NCBI GenBank assembly: GCA_964247055.1
Contig: OZ176052.1
Location: 806,001-870,000, forward strand
Length of the DNA stretch: 64,000 nucleotides
Origin: Paragordius varius
Lineage: Eukaryota; Animalia; Nematomorpha
Direction of reading: 5' to 3'
Shown: one piece after another, positions 28,301 to 40,123 of the stretch
Layout of the letters: each line of letters starts with the position of its first letter
Position numbering within the stretch: position 1 is the first letter of the stretch
Position numbers and translations under genes: made by a program
Notes under the pieces: model-generated
Told to the model about the DNA's origin: nothing
What the model saw: the letters and a program-made list of their open reading frames with translations, nothing else
The model's database searches: none

Positions 28301-31300
28301 CGAATTAAATATTGAGCTATATAAAAATAAATCCTACCATTTTTTTGGTTTATTCTATGATCCTGATATTGTTTTAATTTAGTTATGAGTGCCTTGATAA
28401 TAGGATTGGTAATGTTTAATTCTCGACACAATTTATCAATAATTCCTTCCTCGTCGCGAGTATTTTTTTCAAATTCCTCTTGTGGTTGATTTTCATCAAA
28501 CAATAAAAGTGTACTCAACAATTTTTGGTCTTTTTCAAGATCGTCCTAAAATAACATTGAAATATACCATTTACAAATCAAATTTACCCTTAAACAATTA
28601 AAATTCACCCTCGAACAATTCAAATTTACCCTTGAACGATTAAAATTCACCCTTGAACGATTAAAATTCACCCTCAAACAATTCAAATTTACTCTTGAAC
28701 AATTCAAATTCACCCTTGAACGATTAAAATTTACCCTTATAAAAAATAAATTATGTGTTTTTTCGGGCAGCTAATATAACTCATCATTATTAATATAAAA
28801 TTTATTCTTATGGGGCATAGTTTATTATTTTTTAAGTATTATATAAATTTTGAACTAAATTTCATTTTTTAAACACACAAAAAAATAAAGGTGTAATTTA
28901 TAATCGTAAAAAACACATAATTTATTTAGGGGTGAATTTTATGGGTAATTTTGAACTCTAAATGGTATATAAATTTACGATTAATCAAGAAATATTTTTT
29001 TTAAACTTTAATTAAATAATCAAACGACTGTAAGAATATATAAAAAAATGAAGAATTAAAATTATACAAAAGGTAAAAACTGAAAAGACAAATTTATCTT
29101 TAATAATACTATATTTTTTTATAACTTAATTTTTAATACCCAAAACTATATAATAATCACAATGGTGTGTTACCAATTATTTACATTTATATTCCTTATT
29201 TGCAACATAAAACAATGAGGTGGTATATATGTTTAAAAAAATGATGATTTAAAAAAAGTATGGTTACCTTATATAAAACAAAATATTTGTCTCATAGTTT
29301 TTTACGCTTTTGACAGAATAATTTCAATTTTTATACTGTAATAGTGTTATATAATAAAAAAATCAAACGTAGTAAAGAGTTTTTTTTAAAACTTTAAATA
29401 AAACTTTTAACTTTAAGAAAAAAAATGCAAACGAACAAACAAACAAACCTTAATAAATTTTTCAGTATTTTGCGCTTGTGTTAATTCTTTCCTATATCTA
29501 GCTTGGACACTCAGAGGAGCAACATTGTTGCTATTGTTTGAAACTGTCGACAAAACTTCTCCTTTATCCTTTTCGGGTTCGGTCGCCGACTCAGCATCAG
29601 CTGATTGAGAAATTATGCCGCCGTTGCTATCGACAACGTCATCAGAACTTTTCTTTGTAATTTCTATGTTTGAAAAAAATCAAAAATATGGGAAAAATTA
29701 TAAATATTTTAAAACAAAATAAAACTTATAAAGCTAACTATGCAAAAAAAGACAAAAATTTATTGCTTGTTTATAAAACTGATTAATAATTTTTTAACCA
29801 TTTTTTCTAATACTAACATATCGTTTTATACTATGAAAAGAATGAAATATTAAACATGTAAATGGGGTACTTTTATAAATTAAAGCATATACATAAAAAA
29901 ATAATGGAAAAACCAAAAATCTTTTCAAATATTCAATTAAATTTAGATTTTTTCCTTTCAAAAAAGTAAAATTTTTACCAGTTTCCTCATTAAATGGGGT
30001 CGTCCACAAATTATATTTTCTATCCAGGACATGCATGACATGTAAACTCAGGCAAATATCACGTAAAAGTATGGCATGATGTATAACTAAGCCATTTATA
30101 AGCCTAACCCTACGCGTGATATCACGATTTACTATTGGGCCCATTTCACATTCCCTAACCTATGCATATATATATTTAGAATAAATATATCATTTACAAT
30201 TCAAATTCACCCTTGAACAATTCAAATTCACCCTTAGACAATTTAAATTCAGGCTTGAACATTTCAAATTAACCCTTGAACGATCCAAATTCACCCTTGA
30301 ACAATTCAAATTCACCCTCGAACAATTCAAATTCACTCTTGAACGATTCAAATTCACCCTTGAACGATTCAAATTCACACCCTAGAACAATTCAAACTCC
30401 CTTGAACGATTCAAATTCACCCTTGAAAATAAATTATGTGTTTTCATACTCAAAATTAAAAAACAAATTAATAATGGGTAAAATTGACTCGAAAATAATT
30501 TTTTTCCTCATACTAATAATCTTTAACCTATCTATCTTTATAAAACATCATTCACACTCAAAATTAATAATTTGAAATAATAAACGAACAAAATAAAAAA
30601 AGCAATTTTAAATTAATTTTAGCAAATTAATCTTTAATATCCATCTTTATAAAACATCATTCACACTCAAATATAAATTAAAGTAATAAACGAACAAAAT
30701 AAAAAAAGCAATTAAAAAGTAATTAAAAATTAGATTTAACAAATTAATGTTTTTAAAAACACAAACAATTATAAAAAAACTTTCATAGTTCCAAGCGTAG
30801 CGCAAATTTCCTTAACATTAGCTCGAGAATCAAAAGTAACCCATCCACGTCGATAAAATTTTCTTTCTGGCAGAGGGTCAGCTAAAGCTACCCGCAAATA
30901 GCCTTTGTAATCTTTACAAAGCTAGAAAATGAAAAAAATAGGTAAAAAAAAGTATAAATAGTTTAATTTATCAAAACTTTAGTTAGGAATTTAGAGTTTA
31001 AAATAAAAAAAAGTAAGGAAAAAAAGTATATAAATTGTTTAATTTTTCAAAACTTTAGTTAGGAATTTAGCGTTTAAAATATAAAAAGGAAAATTAAAAG
31101 AATAAACAACGTTAAATAGTGTTTAAACATATATAATAAAAAATAAGTATAAATATTTTAATTTATCATTACTATACAAAAGTTAAGTTAGAAATTATAG
31201 AGTTTACAATATAAAAACGAAAATTTAAATAAATTCAACATTAAAAAGGTGTTTAAACATAGAGGATGGAAAAGCAAAAAAGCAAAAGGTAAGTAAAAAA

Positions 31301-33413
31301 AGTTTAAATTATTTAATTTATCACAAAATTTTAGTTAGGAATTATAGAATTTAAAATATAAAACAAAAATTAAAGAATACAACATTAAATAAGTTTAAAG
31401 ATATATATTACAGTAAAAAATGAAAAAATCAAAAGCAAAAATCAAATATAAAAAAGTTTAAATATTTTAATTTATCAAAATTTTAGTTAGGAATTTAAAG
31501 TTTAAAACATAAAAAGGAAAATTTAAAGATTACACAACATTAAATAGATGTTTAAAGATATATATTACAGTAAAAATTGAAATTATACAGATGGACAAAA
31601 CGTAAAAGGTAAGTAAAAAAAAGTATATTATTTAAATTTATCAAATCTTTAGGAATTTAGAGTTTAAAATATAAAAACGAGAATTTAAAGAATACACAAC
31701 ATTAAATAGGTTTAAAGATATATAATAAAAGTGAGATTATACGGATGGACAAAACGTAAAAATATGAAAATATTTTAATTTATCAAAACTTTAGTTAGGT
31801 ATTATAGAGTGTAAAATATAAAAAGGAAAATTTAAAGAATACACAACATTAAATAGGTTTAAAGATATAAATTACAGTAAAGAATGTAAAAAAAAGTATA
31901 AATAGTTTAATTTATCACAATACAAAAAGTTAAGTTAGGAATTATAGAATTTAAAATATAAAAACGAAAATTTAAAGAATATACAACATTAAATAGGTGT
32001 TTAAACATATATAATAAAAGTGAGATTATACGGATGGACAAAACCAAAAATCAAATAAAAAGTATAAATATATATAATTTATCACAATTCAAAAGTTAAA
32101 ATAGAATTATAGATTTAAAAATATAAAAACGAAAATTTAAAGAATAAACAACATTAAAAAGGTGTTTAATGATATATAATAAAAGTGAGATTATACGGAC
32201 AAAACGTAAAAATATAAAGCAAATTATTTATTTTCAAACATACTTTTTTAAACCTTAATTTATCCTATAAAAATCATTTAATAATAACAATCCTAAAATA
32301 TATAATTGATTGTGTTACCAATATAAAACAAAATGTGTTATATATTTGAAAAAAATCAAGATTAAAAAAGTATGGTTGGTTGTCTTTTGAAAACAAAAAA
32401 AATGAATTTGTCTTTACATTTTTACGTTTTTTTGTATTCGTAAAATTTCAATTTTTATTGTACAAAAGACAATAAATAACCTTAATTTTTCCGATATAAA
32501 TTATTTAGTTACAATTGTAAAATATAGAATTAATTATGTTAGTAATATATATCTCTATGTCATAATTTACAGTTTATAACATTGAGTTATATTGAAAATA
32601 ATTAATTAAAAATGTATAGTTGTCTTTTAAAAAAGAAAATATTTGTCTTTATATTTTTACGTTTTGTCCATAGTGTAAATTCATTTTTTTCTATAATTTT
32701 ATATTTAAAAAAATAAAGACTAAAGTATGGTTGGTTGTCTTTTAAACAAAAAAAATGTATTTGTTTTTACATTTTTACGTTTTTTTGTCCGTAAAATTTC
32801 AAAGCTTACTGAGAACTGCTAAAAAGATGATATATGAATAAATCACATCAAAGCACATAAGTTTTTTTAAAAAAATTCGAGTTTATAAAAAGTTTAAAAA
32901 GTGTCCGTATATAATGATTTTTACATTTTCGATTTCGGCTTTGGTTATGGCGGGTGGTAAATTACGTAAGAAAATGGAAGTTGTTTTATGAAGTAAAACC
33001 ATGTCAGAATCTATAAATACAAAAAAAATATTTTAAATTTTTTAAATATATATACATAAAATAAATTTTTTTCTAAAAAATTTTTTTGCTCTAAAATATG
33101 CATGCAGTACAAAATATTAAAATTTTAAATGATAATATATACCATTTAGGATTTAAATTCACCCTAAAACAATTCAGATTCACTCTTAAACATTTCAAAT
33201 TTTCCCCAAAAATAAATTTAATATACCTTATCATTAAGATAAGTTATATATTCTTATGGCATGGTTTATTATTTTTTCAGTTTTATTATATTATATTAAT
33301 TTCATTTTTTTGGAAAATATAAAAAATAAGGTAATTTTTAGCTTTAAAAAACACATAATTTATTTTAGGGTGAATTTGAACTGTTCAAGGGTGAATTTAA
33401 ACTATAAATTTAA

Positions 33414-33444
<31 letters not shown>

Positions 33445-33964
33445 CTTCAAAAGAAATTTTACCAGTTTGCTTATTGTTATGATGTCTAGAGGAACCATGG
33501 GAACGTTCTAGAATAAAAAAAAATAAAAAAATTGGTAAATTTTCCATTAAAAAAATATACATTAATAATTATAATAATATTTAAAGTTAAAATTACAGTA
33601 TATGATCAAGTATATATATATTGCTACAAAAAGTTAATAATTATTGCCCCAAATAGCATATAGAATTATTATTGGCTAATAATGTATTAAAAAATGAAAA
33701 AACAACTATAAGCCAATAATATTGCCCCTTTGTTGTATATGCCTGCTATTTGGCAATAATTAATAACTTAAAAAAAATGTTTAAAAATATCAGTTAATCA
33801 CTGAAGGTGAGTGTTCAGAAAACCCGAATTTCTTATTAAATGGACTCGAGAATGCCTAAAAAAATTCATGAAGTTATTACTTTGTAAGCAAAAAAATTAA
33901 TAAATATCTGTAAAACTAATGATTAATATTACCAACCGACCTATATTACAAAAATAAATGCAAT

Positions 33965-34019
<55 letters not shown>

Positions 34020-37000
34020 AATAAACTAAAGCGCTATTTAAAATCTATATACTTTATATCAGTGGGTAATAAATAATTTTTTCTAAAACTTCACATAAAA
34101 AAGGTAGGCAAGCATTTACTTGATGAAGTCGAGTCCGAACTCGAACTGGAAGAATGGAAAGACGAGCACGAGGAACTCCTGGATGAGCCATGCTAAAAAT
34201 ATTTTATTAATAAAAGTTTTTTTTGAAAGATATGTTTAAAATAACTTAAATAAAAATGATTACCAAATTTTACAATTACAGTTTATTAAATTACTAAAAA
34301 CGTAAAACTAAATAACTTATTTTTTAGAGAAAGATATGTTTAAAATAACTTAAAAAAAATGATTATTACCAAATTTTACAATTAGAGTTTATTAAATTAC
34401 TAAAAAAAGTAAAACTTAATGACCACCGACTTATTTTTGAAAAAAAAACCTTAATATTCCTTCCTATAAAAACTTTATAATCAGGAAAAAAAATGTTTGG
34501 AAATATACTATTAAGGGAGAATACCCAATTTAAACGATACAAAACAATGAGTTAGTTATATTATATTAAAAATTAGAAATATGGTGAATTTTTTTATAAA
34601 ATTTTTTTTTTAATTTTTTACGTTTTGTCTTCTTTAAATTTTCTTCAATATTTATACTACTTAAAAATATAATTTTAATTATCTCGTAGAATTTATTAAA
34701 TTGAATTATATTCAAATTTTCGATACATTGTAGTATTTTTTCAATTTTTACTGTTTAAAATTTATATTTTTACCTAGCTTACTTGTAAACTAATAAAAAA
34801 AATTATTTCAATTCAAATGTTGAAAAATATTAAAATTATAATATTTTATTAAACCAATTAAAAATATTATATAGATAGATAGATAGGTAGATATTAATAA
34901 AATAAAATACCCGTTTAGCTGGTGGTTTTTCTCTGAAACATACAAAAAACATAATATATATATATCATTTACAATTCAAATTCATCTTTAAACAATTCAA
35001 ATTCACCCTCGAACAAATCAAATTCACCCTTAAACGATTCATATTCACCCCCGAACAATTCAAATCCTCCTTAAAAAATTCAAATAATCCTTGAACAATT
35101 CAAATTTACCCTTGATCAATTTTAAATAAATCTTGAACAATTCAAATTCGCCCTAAAAATAAAGTATGTGTTTTCAAGCTAATATAACTCATTATTATCA
35201 ATATGCAATATATTTTTATGGCTAAAAAAATTCAGTATAAAGGTAATTTTAATCTTCTTAGAAAACACATAATTTATTCACAGTAATTTGTATTGTTCAA
35301 GAGTGAAATTTAAGTGTAAATGATATTGAATAATTATTTCTAAACTTTGCCAATCAGTTTAAAAAAGTATATACAAATTTAATTTAATTAACATTCAGTA
35401 AAAAACATATTTTTTAGGTACTTAACACAAAATATATAAACTTATTTTTTTAAAAAAACCAAACAGCCAATTAAAAATATTTATAAAAATAATCATAATT
35501 TATTGTAAAAACACCGACAGTTAGAGAACTTAACTTAAAATTAATCAACAAAATTATAAAAATACTCAAAATTAAAAGTTAAAAATACCATATTTAAACT
35601 TATTCATTAAACTCTGAGTTAAACAAAATCTCTTTAAATAAAAACATTGGAAAAAAAACACTTTTTAGAAGTATTTAAATATTAAAATCTAACAAATCTA
35701 TCAATTTTACAAATTTAATCAACCAATTATTATTGCAATATTCAAACAAAACTTAAAAAAGCAAACTTTTCTTTATTATCATGCATTTCATGTTCTTCAA
35801 TCTCAAAATCAAGTTTTTCCTCATCATCTGGCCCATTGTTATTATTATTGTTAGCAAGTGAAGAGTCTGGCATGTCGCCATTTTGTTGTCCGCCGCTGGT
35901 TGCCATGGTGATTCCTGCCTCCGAAGTCACATGACCGCTAAAACTGTCCTCTAAATCGCCAATATCTTCCATATCATCATTATCAAGTATATCAGGTCGG
36001 ATGCCATTTTCGTCGTTTTTGGCCTCCATTTTTTCGTCTGCAATACCACCATTGTTGTTTTCATCATTGATTGAGGTATTTGGCTTTTTTTCTGTAAGGT
36101 TTAAAAAAAAGTTAGTTATATAAAGATTAAAAAATTACGTGTGCCAATATTATCAAATAATATTAGAGATTATTGCACTTAGAGTAAAAAATAAAAGTAT
36201 ATTGATAATTCATACATCATGAAAAGGACAAATCTGATTGGTAAAAAAATTTGATACATTCAAAAAAGGAGTAAAATCACAACCCTACTCGTAATATTTA
36301 TTCTTTTACTCCATTGTAAAATAAATAAGAGTTTAAGATAAATATATAGATAAAAAGGCATATAAGTATCAATTCAAAGTTTCATTTGACTGTTAAAACC
36401 CCTGAATGTTTCCCCTTATCGATAAAAACTATTTTCAATGTCTTAGTTACAAAAAAAGAAAATAAATTTTCAATTTACCTTTACTTTTACGCGTCGATAC
36501 CGCCTTTTTCTCATTGTTGGCCTCTTTTTGGTTTGTTCCGGTTGCCATGGCGACGCCTTCAGAACTCAGCTGATTTCCACCACCCAATGAAGATACACCA
36601 TATGATTCTGAATCTAAGGCTTTTACATCGGCATCCGTACCACCTTCCAGTCTAACAATCACTAAAGAATAAAGCAAAAGTTTATGATCAATTTACAGAA
36701 AAATAAAATATTTTTTAAAAGGCCATTTTAGTTAATTTAACAAAAAAGCGACTAATTAATGTTGTATAAACTTACCAGAATCCATAAATTTGACAATGTC
36801 AGGTATGTGGTATTGATTAAGGATAATCTTATCAACCAAGCCAGACTCATAAAAATCCATGAAAATGGCAAGTCTAAGCTTAACTTTATCCTCTTTTTCT
36901 TGTTTAAATTTTTCCCTCTCATCCGGATGATACTTATTTTTAAACCTAAAAATTGGTATAGAATGAGAAAAATATAATAATTTCAATACATGGTGCCTAA

Positions 37001-39530
37001 AAAGTTAAATAATGTATAAATAATACCTGAAAAGTTACACATTTTTTTGGTATATTGACAACTTTGAAGTCATCACACATTACACAAAATGAACACAAAT
37101 CATATATATATATACAATCAAAAAAAAGTGGTACAATAATAATTAAAATACCAAAAAATGTTAAAAATAAGAAGTATATTATATATCCATTTCTTCGCCG
37201 CGAAAAAAAAACATTATTAAATAAACTTTTCATAAACCCGTCCCCAATAAAAAAGGGAAAAGGGTAGATTTAAGTACACTTACATATTTTCTTAAACAAA
37301 AATAATAAATTGAATGAATATGCATTTATGAACATATATAAACAACATCAGTTTTTATACAATAAATCGTAGATTTCGTAGCTCACAAAATAACTTTTTT
37401 TTATAAAATTAAAATGAGTAAAATAAATTTTTAACATAAACAAATCTATTAGAGTTTCCACTCGGACTTGTAGCAACCTAAAGCAAAATATGTAATTTAT
37501 ATATGTATAATTATATGCATTAATTTTAATATATAAAACACATTGTTATCAAATTTGGTGTACGTGATTATACTTATTAAAATTTATGCGACAGAGGCAG
37601 ACGATATTTTTTATAACAAGAAATCTTTCCAATTTATTGTGGTTAACTTGTTAATTAAATTTATTTTTTGCCTCTAAAAAAACATATGACGCGTATCAAC
37701 CTGGTGAATTTCTCTTATAAAACTTTGAAGTGTTACGGCCTGAGTTTGAAATGTTTAAGGACAAAAGGCGTTTAACAGAATTTAAGTAATACCTATAACC
37801 CCCAATACAATACAGCAAAATTAAAAACTAATCAATATCCAAAACTACTAAATGTAATGAAAACTCACCATTCTTCACCCTTGTGGGCATTAAAGAAGAG
37901 TGAAATAGCATGGCGTTGAAATTCCAAAGTATAATTTTTGTAGCGACGTACAGCTTCTTCGGGTTCGATAGTGTCCTCTTGTTCAAGAAGGTATTGCTTA
38001 AAGCTCATCAAATGATTATCATCATGGCTGTACCCAGATCTAAACAAAATTTTTTTATAATTTTAATTAAACCATTTCTTTTTAAAAGAAAGAGAAGACG
38101 CCTTCATCTTTTCCTATGTGGTTGTTTGTGTTGGTAAAATTAATAATTGGAATATCGGCAGCAATGTTTATTTTGCTCCCAAAACCTTTGGTTATCCTTT
38201 TGAACATCTTTTTATTTTACGTAAATACTTTATTTAAAGCTAAACTATATTTACAAATCACATGAATAGTATGAATAAAAATACATTCGCCATATAGTAA
38301 CAGCATTTTTTATGGCTAATATCGCCGGTAAAAACAAAAAATGACTATAAACTAATAATTTTTCTCATTGTATGCTAGCTTGTGACAATATTTAATGTTA
38401 ACTAGCAATGCATTTAACACTAGTACCTTAGTATTTACGATTGTCATCATATAGAGTGAGTTGTATAGAAAAAAATTAGAATCAAAAATTATGGTTATAT
38501 ATATGTCTTTATTTTTGCGTTTAATCTTTACACATTAAGAGAAATTTTGTTAGGCAATTCGGTTTTTAATGGGCTAAAAAGGAATTTGATTAACATGTTT
38601 TTTGCCATGTTTGATAATTTTTATTTTTAATCAAACTATCATTGCGAACAAAGTCCACTGTATTTTCTCTCCAGGTAAAAAATGAAAAATCATACACGGA
38701 AATAGACAAGTATATTAAATCCTCTTTTAGTTAATTAAAATAGTGAAATATCCAATAATATGACTCGTTTAAATGATTTTCTTTATATAAAAATATTCAT
38801 GTGTTTAATAAACTTCAAACCTATAAGACATGGCCCCTGGGGGTAAGGGGTGACCCGCTAAGTGCCCTGGGGGTGGGTACTCTGCACCTAGGGGAGGTAG
38901 TGGACCCCAATATGCACCAGGAGGGCCATAATATGCGCCCCCGCCAACAGCTGCTGATGATTCATCCCAATCAGTGCCTGGTCGACGGCCCTTTTTATTA
39001 TTATTGTTATAATGTGTGGGAGGTGAATATTCTTCATATCGTCTGCGTTTAGTGGCACCTCCTGCTTCGAAGTCTCCACCGGAAGCAGAAATATTTCGAT
39101 AATTTTCTCCACGAGTCTTATTATTGTTGTTGTAAGCATTATTGGGATTCGAACGTACGTTCCGGTTGTATTGTTCATTTCTGCTGGTAATAAGAAGCAA
39201 ATGTAAGGAATGTATAAGGCTTTAAGAATATATATATGCGGTTTATATAATAAAAAGAGTTAGATGGTATAAAACCCATAAAAGCCATGATTAAAACATA
39301 TTGGTGGTAAAACAAATTTTTCACTCAAACCCAGTCAAAAGTTATTCATTTCCATAAAACTATATAAAAAAGTTTTGTAAGATAAAACTAGTTATGTAAA
39401 AATATGTTTAAACAAAAATACAAACTTACCTATCCTCCCAATCCTCTTTGGTTCTAACATCATTTCGCTCTCTTCGAAACTTATCGCGTCTGCGCTTGTC
39501 ATATTCTTCATCGGATTCGGGAGCAGCCAT
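13393..39530 (-). CDS. SRRT: Serrate RNA effector / Ars2, 21 exons, about 1131 aa
   Basis: Exons in minus-strand order: 39430-39530, 38821-39183, 37869-38039, 36776-36945, 36479-36661, 35767-36091, 34911-34932, 34120-34192, 33463-33507, 32925-33010, 30781-30921, 29979-30159, 29449-29663, 28338-28545, 26929-27036, 24174-24316, 21176-21329, 16834-17099, 14822-15077, 14357-14465, 13393-13468. All GT-AG, phases consistent, total 3396 nt. Ars2 motifs: [116 protein letters not shown]-stop. Exons 7-9 and 13-16 are supported mainly by phase and composition. Confidence 0.93.
13553..13735. mobile_element. MITE family B (~185 bp, long inverted ends), representative copy in SRRT intron 20
   Basis: TA-flanked CAGTATGAGTAAGTA..TTGCTAGAAAGTTATT.ATTATTGCCAAATAG ... 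CTATTTGGCAATAATTAATAACT.TCTAGCAAT.TACTTACTCATAC.G. Other copies at about 16472-16666, 27134-27735 (several partial copies), 33596-33768 and 40930-41068. Confidence 0.8.
15240..15437. mobile_element. Possible hAT (Charlie/Buster-like) end remnant
   Basis: GTTTGACACCCTTG at about 15425-15438 resembles the reverse complement of a CAGGGGTGTCAAAC-type terminus. GGCTTCGCGGG.CGCATT at 15243 recurs at about 60997. No partner end was found. Confidence 0.3.
17490..18572 (+). mobile_element. 5'-truncated, frameshifted RTE-clade LINE in SRRT intron 17 (antisense to host)
   Basis: [12 protein letters not shown] (late RT motif), PHD-like [42 protein letters not shown] and RLQW.GH motifs spread over three frames (ORFs 17735, 18040, 18326). 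Ends in a (TGA)n-type tail at 18546-18572, as expected for RTE elements. Confidence 0.88.
18845..18953 (-). ncRNA. Minimal type I hammerhead-ribozyme-like motif (G8-to-U variant) inside an extended hairpin
   Basis: Minus strand: CUGAUUA (18913-18907), stem II GUGCU/AACA/AGCAC, GAAA (18892-18889), palindromic ACUAGU as stem III, GUC cleavage triplet (C17 = 18883). Enclosed by helices GUCAAAUAGU/ACUAUUGAC and GUGUGAAAACCC/GGGUUUCACAC. Core position 8 is U rather than G, and stem I next to the core is weak. Confidence 0.55.
19095..19265 (-). mobile_element. Heavily decayed RTE reverse-transcriptase fragment
   Basis: The reverse complement (CTGACAGTGTTATGTATATCCACACCTCC...CATAATGATTC...AAGAATGCATACT.TAT.G.GGTTAACT) aligns by eye to 17500-17610 of the neighbouring LINE fragment. 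Confidence 0.55.
20330..21205 (-). repeat. Tandem array (5 intronic units of ~140-175 bp) that includes the 3' end of SRRT exon 17 and its donor
   Basis: GGTTACTTTCTCGATTAAGGACTCTATTTTGAGTTA, with small variants, starts at about 20401, 20548, 20689, 20852 and 20995, and at the true exon boundary 21170-21205. Confidence 0.9.
21590..21845 (-). mobile_element. Short degenerate RTE LINE 3' fragment nested in a family C element
   Basis: [13 protein letters not shown] (about 21835-21800) and [14 protein letters not shown] (ORF 21597-21803) match the C-terminus of the 876-aa RTE ORF in this window. Confidence 0.8.
22770..24110. repeat. Tandem array derived from the right arm of MITE family A (SRRT intron 16)
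   Basis: Repeated AAAAAGTATATGGTTGTCTTTT.AAAACCAAATATTTGTCTTTATATTTTTACGTTTTGTCC.TCC.TATAATTTCAATTTT units of about 110-130 bp that follow the complete MITE at 22500-22771 and decay toward exon 16. Confidence 0.85.
24330..25645. repeat. AT-rich tandem array (~120-bp units) abutting the acceptor side of SRRT exon 16
   Basis: Recurrent ATATCTTAAATTTAAAAGTAAAAAATTGAAAAATATAAT...GTATTTTTTTGTGTTTTAAAATT units, about 10 copies. Confidence 0.85.
28563..28970. mobile_element. Foldback-like MITE family C with subterminal 21-bp tandem repeats, representative copy
   Basis: Ends TATACCATTTACA ... TAAATGGTATA, with arms built of TTCAAATTCACCCTTGAACAA units around a conserved core (AAATTATGTGTTTT...AATATAACTCAT...GGCATAGTTTATT). 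Other full or partial copies near 17150, 19510, 20080, 21400-22030, 26400-26880, 30190-30450, 33130-33410, 34965-35325, 40500-40745, 42560-43022, 45625, 46310, 49935, 50825-51085, 51705 and 61905-62210. Confidence 0.82.
30930..32200. repeat. AT-rich tandem array (~150-bp units) abutting the acceptor side of SRRT exon 11
   Basis: Repeated TTTAATTTATCAAAA.TTTAGTTAGGAATT.AGAGTTTAAAATATAAAAA.GAAAATTTAAAGAATA.ACAACATTAAATAG.TGTTTAAA units. The distal units carry MITE-A arm sequence (TTATACGGATGGACAAAACGTAAAAA). Confidence 0.85.
33968..34016. repeat. (TA)n microsatellite
   Basis: About 24 uninterrupted TA units in SRRT intron 8. Confidence 0.95.
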
Positions 39531-39593
39531 TGTTGATTTGAAAAACAAAACAGATAAAAAAATGTTTTTTGTCTGAATGAATGAATAAACGAT

Positions 39594-40123
39594 ATGGTAT
39601 GTCTTCGTTTTTAATTTTTATAGATTAGATTTATTTTGATTCAAAATCGGGCTGGGAAAACGCGTTTAGCCAAATGGTTCATGAATTTTGAAGATGATGA
39701 AAAACAAAAGTTGATTGAAGAGGTGCACGCTTTAGTTACAGTGCGAGATGCCAAACATACAAATTTTGTTGAAGTTTTTAAACATTTTATATGAAGTTTC
39801 GAAACTTTAAGATAGTTTATAGACGTTACGCCGGCCTTTATTTTTGCATTTGTGTCGATATAACGGATAATAGTTTGTATTACTTGGAAGCCATTCATAA
39901 TTTTGTTGAAGTCCTTAACGAATACTTTCACAATGTGTGTGAATTGGATTTGGTGTTTAATTTTTACAAGGTAAGTACCTTTTTTTGATATTTTAACAAA
40001 TTTATTTATCAATACTTTTAGGTTTATACCGTGGTTGATGAAATGTTTATGGCAGGAGAAATTCGTGAAACAAGTCAAACAAAAGTCCTAAAACAGCTTC
40101 TTATGTTAAATGGATTGGAATAA
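39594..40123 (+). CDS. AP2S1: AP-2 complex subunit sigma, 142 aa
   Basis: join(39594..39596,39624..39773,39797..39970,40022..40123) gives [68 protein letters not shown]...[38 protein letters not shown], nearly identical to recalled animal AP2S1 and the same length. Introns are 27, 23 and 51 nt, all GT-AG, all phase 0. Confidence 0.96.

Noticed and set aside
30190-30575. Heptad-repeat ORFs (LNNSNSP / RVNLNCS / FKGEFEL types; also 19513-19884, 26712-26906, 42644-42899)
   Set aside because: They are translations of the 21-bp repeat of MITE family C, open in several frames and on both strands.
39641-40078. 145-aa minus-strand ORF
   Set aside because: Antisense shadow of AP2S1; no independent support.
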